Source of the DNA: Chiloscyllium plagiosum | Lineage: Eukaryota | DNA: 31,490 nucleotides | Direction: 5' to 3' | Assembly: GCF_004010195.1 (NCBI RefSeq) | Contig: NC_057719.1 | Coordinates: 27,261,623 to 27,293,112 of the forward strand | Part shown: positions 1 to 11,130 of the stretch, one piece after another | Layout of the letters: every line of letters starts with the position of its first letter | Numbering within the stretch: the first letter of the stretch is position 1 | Program-made: the position numbers and the translations under genes | The notes under the pieces: generated by a model | What the model saw: only the letters and a program-made list of their open reading frames with translations | The model's database searches: none | What the model was told of the DNA's origin: nothing

Positions 1-24
1 GTGAAACATCCGCGGTCTGCATTA

Positions 25-275
25 ACATAGGAACATTGGAAATGGCAACAAGAATAATTCATTTGGCCGTTTGAGGCTATTCCGCCCTTCAATATGATCA
101 TGGCTGATCATCCAACTCAGTTCCACTTTCTCTCTGTAAACTTTGATTCCTTTAGTCCGAAGAAATATTTCTGCATCTTTCTTGAAAAATTCAATGTTTT
201 GATCTCAACCGCTTTCTGTAGCAAAGAATTTCACAGGCTCACCTCTCTCTGGATGAAGACATTCCATCACCATAT
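25..275 (-). mobile_element. CR1/HER1-type LINE 3' end fragment
   Basis: Similar to other CR1 3' tails in this window (ttcaatatgatcatggctgat; gaatttcacaggctcacctctctctggatgaagac; compare 3140-3560 and 24642-24870). Confidence 0.75.
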
Positions 276-279
276 TAGG

Positions 280-545
280 AGTTTCTTCAGCGTGAATCTC
301 CAGGACCATTGTCTAAATCAATAGATGGTGGTAAAAGAGCTGTGGCTCTTTGTGATTGGAAGTCCAAACAGTCATGCAGCGTTGTGAATGTCAAGACACT
401 GCGCAATATCTCCTGATATCTTCCAACATTTTTGAGGTTTGGATGAGAAAGATGGGCAAAATACAAAAGGAAGATGATTACTCTTACAGACAATTGTTCC
501 TGTGACTCCGACATTACCATCCTCAGGAATGTCAAGTTGACACAA
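280..545 (+). pseudogene. Tigger/pogo DDE_1 transposase remnant, part 1
   Basis: Hand translation with frameshifts gives DGGK..VIG(K)SKQ..NVKTL...KRKMITLTDNCSCDSDITILRNVKL, which resembles the pogo/Tigger motifs VIGKSKxPRCFxNVKTLP and RKIxLLxDNCSAH...LxNVKL. Confidence 0.65.
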
Positions 546-552
546 AATTTAC

Positions 553-1770
553 ATGCAATTGGAAAGGCAGGGACTGTTTAGGGGTCGTCAACATGACTTT
601 GTGTTTGGGAAATTGTGTCTCACTAAGTGGATTGAAATTTTTGAAGAGGTGACAATGAAGATTGATGAAGACAAATCGCTAGGCATTGTCCATATGGACT
701 TCAGCAAGGCATTTGCTACTTTTCATCACTTACATAAGTGATTTGGATGTAAATATAGAGGTCAATGGTAGAGGGTTGTTTTTTGAACTGGAGGTCTGTG
801 ACCAGCAGTTTTCCACAGAGATTGGTACTGTCATTTACATAAATGATTTGGATGAGAATACAGGAAGTGTGGTTAGTAAGATTGCGGATGGCATCAAATT
901 TGGTTGTATAGTGAACAGTGAAGAAAGTTATGGAAGAGTACAATAGGATCATGATCAAGTGGGCCAATGAATCGAGGAGTGACATCTGGACTTTAATTTA
1001 AATAAATGAGTCATTGCATTTACGTAAGGCAAACCAAGGCAGGGCTTCTACAACTATTGGTAGGGCCTGAGGAGGGTTGCCGATTGAAGAGACCAGAAGT
1101 GCAGGTGCATTGTTGCTTGAAGGTCGAGTTACAGATAGATAGGGTGGTGAAGAAAGTATTTGGCACCTTGCATGGGTTAGTGCATTGAGTTTAAGAGTTG
1201 GGACATCACATTGTGGCTGTGCAGGACACTGGTGAGGCCACTTTTAGAATACTGCATTTAATTCTCAGCTCCCTAATACAGAAAACATGTTGTTGAACTT
1301 GAAAGGGTTCAGAAAAGATTTATAAGGATATTGTCAGGTGTTTGGAGGGTTTGAGCTACAGGGCAAGGCTGAATAGGCTGTGGCTTTTTATTTCCCTGGA
1401 GTATCAGAGGCTGACAGGTGACCTTATAGAGGTTTATAAAGTCAGGGATAGGGTGAATAGCCAAGGTATTTTTCCCAGTATAGGGGAGATCAAAACTAGA
1501 GGGCACAGTTTTAAGGTGAGAAGGTAAACATTTAAAAGAGACCTGAGGGGCAGAGTGTGGTGGGTGTACGGAGTGAGCTGCAATTGGAGGTGGTGGAGGG
1601 GAATACAATTACAACATTTAAAAGGCATCTGAATGGGTACATGAATAGGAAGGATTTAGAGATTAATAGGCCAAAGTATGGCAAATAGAATTAGATCAGT
1701 TCAGGATATCTGGTCAGTGTAGACGAATTGAACCAAAAGGTTTGTGCATTGCTGTAGAACACTATGACAC
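553..1770 (+). mobile_element. CR1 LINE ORF2 reverse transcriptase region and 3' end (degraded)
   Basis: QHDFVFGKLCLTKWIEIFEEVT..HMDFSKAF; IYINDLDE..VSKIADGIKFG (FADD motif decayed); RLTGDLIEVYK..TRGHSFKV. Confidence 0.92.
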
Positions 1771-1924
1771 CAAAGTTAAGATTCCACCAATCTATTCAGG
1801 GGATGGTTACCTTAGGAATGTATAAATTTTCTTTGAGATGGCAACTGATCCCTCAGATTATTGAGGCTATCATTAAGAGGCAAAAGCATAGCTAATTAAT
1901 CCTTGATGTGGTCTGTCTTTACAC

Positions 1925-2042
1925 ATGATTTGGAGATGCCAGTGTTGGACTTACAACCACCTAATGAAGGAGCGGCGCTCCGAAAGCCAGTGCTTCCAAT
2001 TAAACCTGTTGGAATATAACCTGGTGTTGTGTGATTTTTATT
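1925..2042 (+). mobile_element. Penelope-derived short element with degenerate minimal hammerhead motif
   Basis: acctaatgaaGGAGCggcGCTCCgaaagccagt = CUGAUGA-like core (mutated to CUAAUGA), perfect 5-bp stem II, GAAA. Confidence 0.6.
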
Positions 2043-2047
2043 TTTGT

Positions 2048-2246
2048 CTTTACACAGAGAGTGGTAAGTGTGTGAAATGCACTGCTAGCGGTGGTAGTAG
2101 AGTCAGATACACTGGGGGCATTTAAGCAACTCTTGGATATGCACTTGGATGATAGTAACTAGAAGGGTATGTAGGTTAGTTTGATCTTCGAGTAGGATAA
2201 ACTTCAGGGCCAAAGGGTCTGCACTGTGCTGTACTGTTCTATGTTC
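2048..2246 (+). mobile_element. CR1/HER1 LINE 3' fragment
   Basis: tttacacagagagtggtaag...gcatttaagcaactcttggat...ctgtgctgtactgttctatgttct tail. Confidence 0.75.
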
Positions 2247-2619
2247 TGTCTGAAAAGAGCACACTAAGCAAAAATAGATTACAGAGATTTTCCAGGGCAA
2301 TCTCCTAACATTCAACAATGTAAAGATCCTGTCTTTTATATGGTCAGGCAACTGTAAGGTGTGAAAAATTTGAATGAAGACTTATCCTCACATACAGCAC
2401 ATTACAATGTTTTCATTCTGTTGTCAAATGAATCCTGAGGACTGAAGAGCATGATATATGAGCTATCTGGTAGATTTGCTGCCATCATCCTCTTTTCTGG
2501 TCGGGATCTACAGGGCCTATCCAGTTTGGTGTGGTAGAGGTAAACCACTTGGTAGTCAAAGCAGAAGAACTATTCTGCCACTGAGTCCATATGATAATTT
2601 CATAGTGCTGAAAGCATAG

Positions 2620-2746
2620 CGTATAAATCCTCTTGAGATGGCAGCTGATCCCTCAGATTATTGAGGCTATCAATAAGAAGCAAAAGCATAGCAAATTATT
2701 CTATGCCTGAAAAGAGCACATTAAGCAAAAATAGATGACAGAGATT
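2620..2746 (+). repeat. Second copy of the Tigger segment (direct duplicate of 1820-1900 joined to 2248-2289)
   Basis: gagatggcaRctgatccctcagattattgaggctatca..aagcatagc and ctgaaaagagcaca.taagcaaaaatagat.acagagatt both occur twice. Confidence 0.85.
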
Positions 2747-3139
2747 GCTTAAAATATGGATGAGTGCTTAAAGCATTCTTCAGTGTGAACCCTTTCAGAC
2801 CTGAACACTCTGTAAGCAACAAACATTCAACATTTGAATCTATTATCTTGACACAGAGCTTCTCATTTGTAGGCATAGCAGGTTGCATGGAGATGGATTC
2901 ATTGAGGCTATCATTATGAGGCTGTTTTGACTTTCACAAAGCTCTTCTTAATGCTAATTTATGCCTGGATCCCCTGATATTCAACTGTGGTCAGGTGACC
3001 CATGATCTCCTGGAATATTGACATTTTTTTCCTGAGCGTTGATAATCTCGAAATGTGTAAGGCAAGTTGAAACCTAGTCAGACTCTGCTGTTTGCAAACT
3101 GCAGAGCTGGAACAGTCAGTATTCATGTAGTCAGGTCTT

Positions 3140-3900
3140 GGACCATAAGACCATAAGATATAGGAACAGAAATTAGCCCATTCAGCCCCATCAATTTTGC
3201 TCTGCCATTCGATCATGGCTGATAGGTTTCTCAATCGAGGGTGTGGTGCTGGAAAAGCACAGCAGGTCAGGCAGCATCCGAGGAGTGGGAGAATCGACAT
3301 TTTGGGCATAAGTCCTTCATCAGTCATTCTTGACTCTGATCTCCAACATCTGCAGTCCTCACTTTTTCCTCGTTGATAGGTTTCTCAACCCCATTCTCCT
3401 GTTTTCTCCCCATAACCCTTGATTGCTTTGATACTCAAGAACATACCTATCTCAGTCTTAAGTATACTCAATAACCTGGTCTCCACAGCCTTCTGTGGCA
3501 ATGAATTCCATACATTCAACACTCTCTGGCTGAAGACGTTTTTCCTTATCTCCACTCTAAGGTTGTGCCTTCCTGACTGAATCTCTCCTAACAATGGACA
3601 ACATCTACTCTGTCCAGACCATTCAATAGTCTGTATGTTTCAATTAGTTGCCCCTACATCCTTCTAAACTCCATCAAGTATAGACCAAGAGTCCTCAACC
3701 ATTGTTAACACACATGTTAAGCTTTCCATTCCTGGGACCATTTTTGTGAACTTCCTCTGAACATGCTTCAGGGCTAGTACATCCTTCCTGAGGACCCAAA
3801 ACTGCTCACAATACTCAAAATGTGGTCTGACCAGAGCCCTACAGACCCTCAGAGGTACATCCCTGCTTTTATACTCAGTCTTCTCCAAATAATGCCAATC
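3140..3900 (-). mobile_element. CR1 LINE 3' ORF2 and tail
   Basis: LVRPHFEYCEQFW; FSQRVLNVWNSLPQKAVE; (gaccataa)n tail. Confidence 0.9.
3235..3373. mobile_element. Penelope-derived short element nested in CR1, with a perfect 15-bp TSD
   Basis: tgataggtttctcaa at 3220-3234 and 3374-3388 flanks the gctggaaaagcacagcaggtcaggcagcatcc family repeat. Confidence 0.8.
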
Positions 3901-5619
3901 AACTCCCCATTGAAATCAGACAACCCTGGAATTTCCTGGCCAGTGCTAGTCACATCATTTCAGAACGAACAGTTGTCTACACCTCCAGCAAACCTGCTTT
4001 GTTGGAAGAATGTTACACAGACTTGGTGGCATCCAGCTGAATAGGAGGCCAAAGGCAGAGCACAAGTACCACACTTGACAACTGAAGGGTCAAAGCCATG
4101 TTCTACAATCTCCAAATGTGGCAAGTAGTCACCACATTGGATGTTCCTGCCCCACCCATTGCATCCATTGCACACATGTCACAGTATCTTCAAGAAGGCC
4201 ATGAAGAGGGGGATGAAAGGGGCAACCTGAAGCCCCAACTCTCTTTGACTTTTGCATCTTCTTCAAAGGTATCTCCAGACAGTGTGATGACACAAAAACC
4301 AGAACCAGCCCCAGACAAGATGGGAAGTCCAAATCAACAACTGAAGATCCTGAAACATCAACCAACCCTCAACGACTGAGGAACAGCCTGTACCAGCCAT
4401 ATTGAGCAGGTATTCCTAGCTCTTTCAGACAAACAGTTCAAATGCTGTGTTTAGGACCTATGCATAGGATGTAATAAATCCTTGACATTCATGGCAGAAG
4501 TAGGTAACTAATATAAATTTGAGACAGTTTACTCTAAGATTTCAAATTGTTTCCTGGAGAGTCCTGTGAAGAGATCGAGAGAGTTTAATTAAAGTTTCCA
4601 GTGGAGTCTGATAAATGTTGGTTTTCCTTAATAAAAAGTGTGCAATAAAATTGTGTTGCACCTTCCCCATCTTCTTTGTTTAACGTATCAAGTTGTGAGT
4701 CTAAGATAAAAACAGTTACTGCAAACTGGACAAGGTTAGTCAGGGTACACTTACCAACCTTTCACTGAACAACACAATTCATTTTTCTCCATAATGTTGG
4801 GACACAGTCCTTGAGTCCAAGTAATAATAAGAATAGCACTTGGTTACTTCAACATTATCAGGATCCCTTTGGAACCATATTAAGAGTATTATAATGGTTC
4901 GTTTATCTCAATACAAAGAAATATCATTGGCTATTCAGCTCAAATACAGTTAGCCAATGGATTATTACAATTTGATGTGGAGTTTTCTATTAATGTGGTA
5001 ACCATTTCAATGCACCACCCTCTGCAGGGAATCTGTGGCACTTGTGAGCAACCTATGATATTGAAATTTCCTGACAGACATATAGATTTTGTCAACACTG
5101 TGGCATTCCTGATGGTGGGACAGGAAGAGTGGTCCATTCTTTTGTTTTTTTTATTTCACATATAATTAATTTTAAATAATTTCAAACCAAAACCACATTT
5201 TGCCTACCATATAAATGAATAATGTGGTACATGAATTTCAATGCCAGTTGGATGCCAGATATGTAGACTGGCCTGTGCTAAAGATTACACCATAAACCTA
5301 TTTAAAATCATCAATCAGGCTTGCAATGGGAAGTATTTCCATGTGCCAGAAGCTATATATATTAATGTACAAGACATTAATTCACACATTCATTGCCACT
5401 TTTTAATGAAAATAGGGGGTCATGGAGACTGTCAATCTCTGCTGTATACTCGCAGCTACAACCTGATGATCAAGCTTCACCTGCCTGCTCTGGGAATGAA
5501 GGTTGAAAGGTCATTGTTCATGCTGTACCTCTACACTAATGATGGCACAATCAGTCAACAGCTGCTTCTCAAGCTATATAAATTGGTGTCCTTTTTGTCA
5601 AGTCTGTTTGAGTACAGAT

Positions 5620-6078
5620 GAAAAACTTTGACTTTTAGTCTCCTTTTAGCAATGTTTAAGTTCTGTACTCTCTTGCCTCCCTTTCTATCCTTCCTGTAGC
5701 ATTTATATCCCGGAACATTAAGCTGCCAGTCCTGCCCATCCCTGAGCCATGTTTCTATAATTGTTATGATATCCCAGTCCCATGTTCCTACCCATACCCT
5801 GAGTTCATCTGCCTTCCGTATTAGGCCCCTTGCATTGAAATAAATGCAGTTTAATTTATTAGTCCTACTTTGTCCCTGCCTACCCTGACTGTTTGACTCA
5901 CTTCTGTTCTCAACTGTACCAGTCTCAGATTGACCTCTTTCCTCACTATCTCCCCTGGGTCCCCCCCCTTACTAGTTTAAATCCTCCTGAGCAGCTCGAG
6001 CAAATCTCCCTGCCAGTATATTAGTCCCCTTCCAATTTAGGTGCAATCCATCATTCTTGTACAGGTCACTTCTATAAT
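5620..6078 (-). mobile_element. CR1 LINE: ORF1 esterase C-terminus and ORF2 APE endonuclease start
   Basis: DLYKNDGLHLNWKGTNILAGRFARAAQEDLN* followed by LNCIYFNARG..WDWDII..ETWLRDGQDWQLNVPGYKCYRKDR. Confidence 0.9.
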
Positions 6079-6519
6079 CTTCCTTCACTACATCTAGTGT
6101 TCCCTGTATCCTCACATTTTCCAATTCTCTGTGCACTTGATCCCTCTCCCCACACATCCCAAGTCCACCTTACCACTGATTCACCATTGCCAGTTCTTTG
6201 CCTCTATGCAAGTTGTCATTCTAATGTTCTCATCTCAAGTACAGACTCACATCATGCTGTCTCAAGGTTCACCATGCTGCAAATAGACTACTGACCACAT
6301 CTCTATGTCTCAACCTTCCATCAGGAAATTGAAAATTCACAAAATCTCAAATTCAGACATCCTGTAAACCATATGCCTTCTGCTCTTGTGAGCTCTCGAA
6401 AATACTCCCACAGATTTCAAACAATGAAATTAATGGTTTGACACTTAATCATTGAGCATCATACGAAATGAAATGTAGGGCATGAGTTAGACTGAACAGA
6501 AGATAAATAACTGAAAATA

Positions 6520-7900
6520 TTTTTAAGATGATCTGCAATGTTAATTTCCTTGAGGAATGGAAATTCCGATGATAAAATTTATTCTCGAAGGGCCAGTAAG
6601 GTTGACCAGAGATAATTATTACAAAGCACCAATATAAACCTCTTCCTCGACATGGGTGAGGGGGGGGGGATATATAACCAGGAGGTTAGAATCTCCTCAG
6701 TTGAAAAAAATATATACCAGGAGATTAAAATCTCCTCAGTTTAAAAAAACCTCTTTCATAATACTTTCACAATATTTTTAAGGCAGAGTCATGGAGTATG
6801 TATTTTAACTTTACACCCTTACAGTGAGTCAGTCAGTGAGGGCTGCAATAGCACACCTTGGAGAAATATTTCTATATTTAATGGTGCCTGTGAGAATATC
6901 AGAAGGTGCTTTCAGATTTGTCCTCAACATTGCAACTAAAACAAAATCTAATAAATGACTATTAAATTATCAATGAGATAATAAATGGATATTAAACTAT
7001 CAACTGCAACCATCTTTTAAGTTGTGCTATTTCTGAGAAAATAGTGTTTAAACATATTTGATAAAATTAGAAAATCTGCCAAGATTCAGCTTAAGACAAT
7101 AAGCCTGAATTGCTGGGAAATTTCATTATAGTACTGATGCATTATCAGCATTTACCTTTATTTAAAACATGGAAGTTCTTAGAAACAATGGGGTCCAAAT
7201 CAAAGCTATGTCATTGTTGCATTGCTCCTTAGTTTACTCCACTTTTAAAACTCTAACATGATAAAAACTTGTTCCATTTGCTCAACCCAGTATTGAGTGT
7301 TCAGCCTTGGTTCAGTGGTAACACTTGTGACATCTCCAACATCTACATTGGCACAATCAATGTCTTTCAAACATAAATTTTTGAGTCATTGATACAGTCA
7401 ACTACTCCACAAACACAAGGACTGGAAGATTAATCATGCTTTGTAACTCGCCATTAAGAGAAACATACATATTTTCTGCTGACGGGGTTGACTTATTTCG
7501 AAAAGTCTCTTTACCATTAATGATACGGACTATTAACGATTAGCTATGATATTCACATTGATACTGTTTCCCGATTTACATGCTATTCTCAAATATATTT
7601 GGAACTGTAAAAGGAGGCAATATGCTAATAGATGAAGCAGAGTTGTATTCTTCAATCTACCATAATATCCCAGGAGAACTGAATCATCTATATACCTTTT
7701 CCACGACTGCACACTGGACACAATTCTAAAAGATTCCATAACAATCTAACATTTTATCAGAAATTATCATTTTTAGCTGTCATCTTTGTCAACATTGATA
7801 CCTTTAATTGTTAATTGTGGATGCCAGACTACAGAGAAACAGGATTGTTGTACATTGTTATCACACAAATCAAAGAACATGGTTCAAGCTGCAGCCAGCA
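6520..7900 (-). pseudogene. Penelope-like element RT + GIY-YIG endonuclease, heavily decayed
   Basis: (Q)IKG..MLTKMTA (compare QxKGxAMGTKMAP), WKRYIDD at ~7700, VIY*I...GQ at ~6920-6960, and LRE...IPQG(I)NI at ~6540-6590, all in the correct order. Confidence 0.6.
6670..6749. repeat. Tandem duplication of a ~40-bp unit containing a small hairpin
   Basis: tatata(a)ccaggagRttaRaatctcctcagttKaaaaaaa x2; aggagatt/aatctcct inverted arms. Confidence 0.85.
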
Positions 7901-9009
7901 CATTGAGATGGAGTGCACTGCAGATGAGGTCCTTCACATGAAAGAGATGAGGGACAATACTTAAAGAGCAAAGCCAACTCTGTTAGATTCAAGCTGACTC
8001 ATCCATGGACTGAAGACTTTTTCTCCTTGCTCTTCCTGTCATCTGCGGCATGAATGTGTTTAAAGAGTAAATGGTTCAAAAAAATCTCAAATAGCAATTA
8101 AAACCCAACAGTGCAAGTTGTTTCCTACAATGTTTTATTTTAACTACACATTTCAATCACTATAAGTTGTTCATCTTTTCCTGTACACCTTCCAAAGGTC
8201 AGAGAAGAACATGTGATGGGGTGAATTTTTCCTTCTATATTGGGTCCCCAACATTTGCTTCAGATTGGAGTATCAACCACACACTATGTCAGTCAACTAA
8301 CATTGATATGTCTAGGAGCAGACGATTTAATAACTGTACAGTCCTTCTACCATCCATTTAAGAACACAAGTGAGCTCCCAAGGCTAGGGATTCAGCAGGA
8401 GGCTATCAAGTGATGACACATGAGGAGCAACAGTATCAGATGTCCACAATCAAGACCTCCTCTGAATATCTGATGAAATAACGTATCTAAAAACAGATTA
8501 CCAAAACCAGGCATAGCCATGATCATTGAAAAGCAATGTCAATCAGCAAATGGGTATGGGAGGCGGCAGGGGGCTCCCTGTCGAATAAAACATGATTCCA
8601 CACACCCCTCTGTTCTGCCTGGAGGCCCCTGATTTAGCTGGTCATGGTTCCGCTGCATCAGTGGTCTGCCCAGTAAATGCAAAGTTCTCATAGGCATGGA
8701 GGTTGGGCCTGAACAGGCTAATGCATCATTTTGTTTGTATCACTGTTTGTGATCATGCAGCCACTTCCAACCCAACCAGTCTTTTTAAAAATGCTCCAAC
8801 TGCCGCATTCTGCCAGCAATGCCAGCTGCCAGATGAAACTATGTGCCCAACCCACTTTCTGAAATATTTGCTGATGTGCCATCTCAATGTAACCAGCCTC
8901 TTTGTTAGAATCCTCATGCAAGGATTATTCAGCTAAAGAAAAGAAATATAATTAGGACAAATTTATTTTCTCTCCACCCAGCAGTGAGTAGGGAAGGCAA
9001 AGATTTAAA

Positions 9010-9385
9010 TGTGTTGCTGGAAAAGCGCAGCAGGTCAGGCAGCATCCAAGGAGCAGGAGAATCGACGTTTCGGACATGAATCCTTCTTCAGGAATGATGA
9101 AAGTGTGCCAAGCAGTCTAAGATAATCTGCAATCTTCTTCCTGACCTCTCCGCCCCCACCCCCACTCCGGCCTATCACCCACACCTTAACCTCCTTCTAC
9201 CTATCGCATTTCCAACACCCCTACCCCAAGTCCCTCCTCCCCACCTTTTATCTTAGCCCGCTTGGCACACTTTCCTCATTCCTGAAGAAGGGCTCATGCT
9301 CCTTGGATGCTGCCTGACCTGCTGCACTTTTCCAGCAACACACTTTCAGCTCTGATCTCCAGCATCTGCAGTCCTCACTTTCTCC
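9010..9385. mobile_element. Penelope-derived element with long inverted arms, carrying hammerhead motifs
   Basis: 9011-9125 is the approximate reverse complement of 9248-9341; minus-strand CUGAAGA-a-GGAUucauGUCC-GAAA-CG-UC at 9091-9064. Confidence 0.75.
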
Positions 9386-9833
9386 AAGGCAATGATTTCG
9401 GCAAGGTTTGTCTGCCTTCCCCACCCCACTGTGTTTCCCAGGTTGAAAATAGGACACTGCCATTTGCATATTCATTGCAAAATAACAAGTGATACTGAGC
9501 CAGAGAGAATGCCCAATGCAGGTAATCAGGGAGAAATTGCTTTTAGATCTACATTTCCAAAAGCACAGCAAGCACCTGAACCCTTGAGAACGAGGCTAAG
9601 ACTTTTCACATTTAATAGCGGAAATGGTTCCTTCTGTCCTTATTGTTTTGTTACTGAAGTTATGAAATCCTAATCTACCTTGGAGCTACTCAGTAAGACT
9701 GTGAGTTCAAAAACTTTTAAACATATCTCCAGGAGAATCGAATCTACTCTCAACTTAACTGTTACTATAGCAGCACATTGTTTTATACAGATTGGAGAAA
9801 AATTCACTTGCTAGGGTTCTGGCAGAATGATAA

Positions 9834-10238
9834 GTCATAGAGTCACAGAGATATACAGCATGGAAACTGACCCTTCGGTCCAACCCATCCATACCAACCA
9901 GATATCCCAATCTAGTCCCACCTGCCAGCACTTGGCACATACCCCTCCAATTCCTTCCTATTCATATACCCATCCAAATGCTTTTTAAATATTGCAATTG
10001 TACTAGCGTCCACCAGTTCCTCTAGCAGCTCATTCCATACACATCCCACCCACTGTGTGAAAAAGTTGCCCCTTAGGTTTCTTTTATATCTTTCCCATCT
10101 CACCCTAAACCTATGCCTTTTAGTTCTGGACTCCATGGCCCCAGGGAAAAGACTTTGTCTATTTATCCTATCCATGCCCCTCATAATTTTGTAAACCTCT
10201 ATACGGTCACCCCTCAGTCTCCGACACTCCAGGGAAAG
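9834..10238 (-). mobile_element. HER1/CR1 LINE 3' end
   Basis: RRLRGDRIEVYKIMRGMDR..RGNFFTQWVGCVWNEL..FKKHLDGYM. Confidence 0.9.
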
Positions 10239-10425
10239 CATGGCCAATTGACCTAACCTGCACATCTTTGGACTGCAGAAGGAAACCAGGGCACCCAAAA
10301 GAAAGCCATGCAGACATGGGGAGAATGTGCAAACTCCACACAGACAGTCACCCAAGGCTTGAATTGAACCGGGGTCACTAGTGCCATGAGGCAACAGTGC
10401 TAACCACTGAGCCAATGTACCAGCC
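10239..10425 (-). mobile_element. HE1-type tRNA-derived V-SINE (5' part)
   Basis: Reverse strand has the A-box tggctcagtggttagcac, the B-box ggttcaattc and the V-domain tgtgtggagtttgcacattctcccc. Confidence 0.9.
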
Positions 10426-10559
10426 CTAAAAGTGGTGATTTTTTTTTCCCATTATAGCAAAATGTAATCTGCAACTGCCATCTAATCTTAATTTTAATAT
10501 CTCCTGTACCACAAAGCTGAATGAAAGGTGACTGCAAAATTTCGGCCCTCAACCTTGCA

Positions 10560-10632
10560 AGCTCTATAACTCAATGGTTGGAGTGCTGGTCTTGTTCACC
10601 AGAAGCTGTGAGTTTGAGTCCCATTAGGGCCT
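10560..10632 (+). tRNA. tRNA-Thr(TGT) pseudogene
   Basis: 73-nt cloverleaf with D-stem ACTC/GAGT, anticodon stem CTGGT/ACCAG around CT-TGT-TC and acceptor AGCTCTA/TAGGGCC. The T-loop (TTTGAGT) and anticodon loop are mutated. Confidence 0.75.
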
Positions 10633-10788
10633 TTGAAGAGAACCATTCCTCATGTCATTTGAGATTAAAACGTCAAGGAGAAAAATATCAGGAAGTAAAG
10701 ATGTAAGGGGAAATTGCAACTCTTTCTACTTTTTTGACTCTTCCCCCAAAGACAAGGACTTTGCTGTAATATATAGATTTTTTAAAAT

Positions 10789-11130
10789 GGGACAGCACTA
10801 TGATTCAGTGGTTAGCACTGTTGCCTCACAGCATCAGGGACCCAGTTTTGATTCTGGCCTTGGGCTGTATGGAGTTTGCACGTTCTCCCCAGTCTGCGTG
10901 GGTTTCCTCCGGGTGCTCCAGTTTTCTTCCACAGACCAAACATGTACAGATTAGGCGATTGGCCATGCTAAAATTTGCCCGTGGTGTCCAGGGTTGTGCA
11001 GGCTAGGTAGGCTCGCTGTGGTAAATGTGTGGTTACAGGGATAGGGTATGGGCAGGATGCTCTTCAGAGGGTTAGTGCAGATTCAATTAGCTAAGTGGCC
11101 TCTTTCAGCACTGTAGGGATTCTATGATTC
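10789..11130 (+). mobile_element. HE1-type V-SINE
   Basis: tRNA-like head, V-domain ggagtttgcacgttctcccc..gggtttcctccgggtgctcc, and ctgtagggattctatgattc tail. Confidence 0.9.

Larger units (their letters stand above)
1771..2420 (+). pseudogene. Tigger/pogo transposase remnant, part 2 (interrupted by insertions at ~1906-2245)
   Basis: PI.QGMV..YKFSLRWQLIPQIIEAI resembles QPxDQGII..K..YR..L...I; it continues the 280-545 fragment directly after the CR1 insertion. Confidence 0.55.

Noticed and set aside
3905..4500. 93-aa ORF and surrounding GC-richer block
   Set aside because: Possibly an old DNA-transposon remnant, but I could not confirm a diagnostic motif
4750..5621. Coding-looking ORFs, including the 126-aa ORF at 5241-5621
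   Set aside because: No recognisable motif in any frame and no convincing splice structure; left unassigned
9912..10415. Longest ORF in the track (167 aa)
   Set aside because: Chance fusion of HE1 SINE sequence to a CR1/HER1 3' fragment
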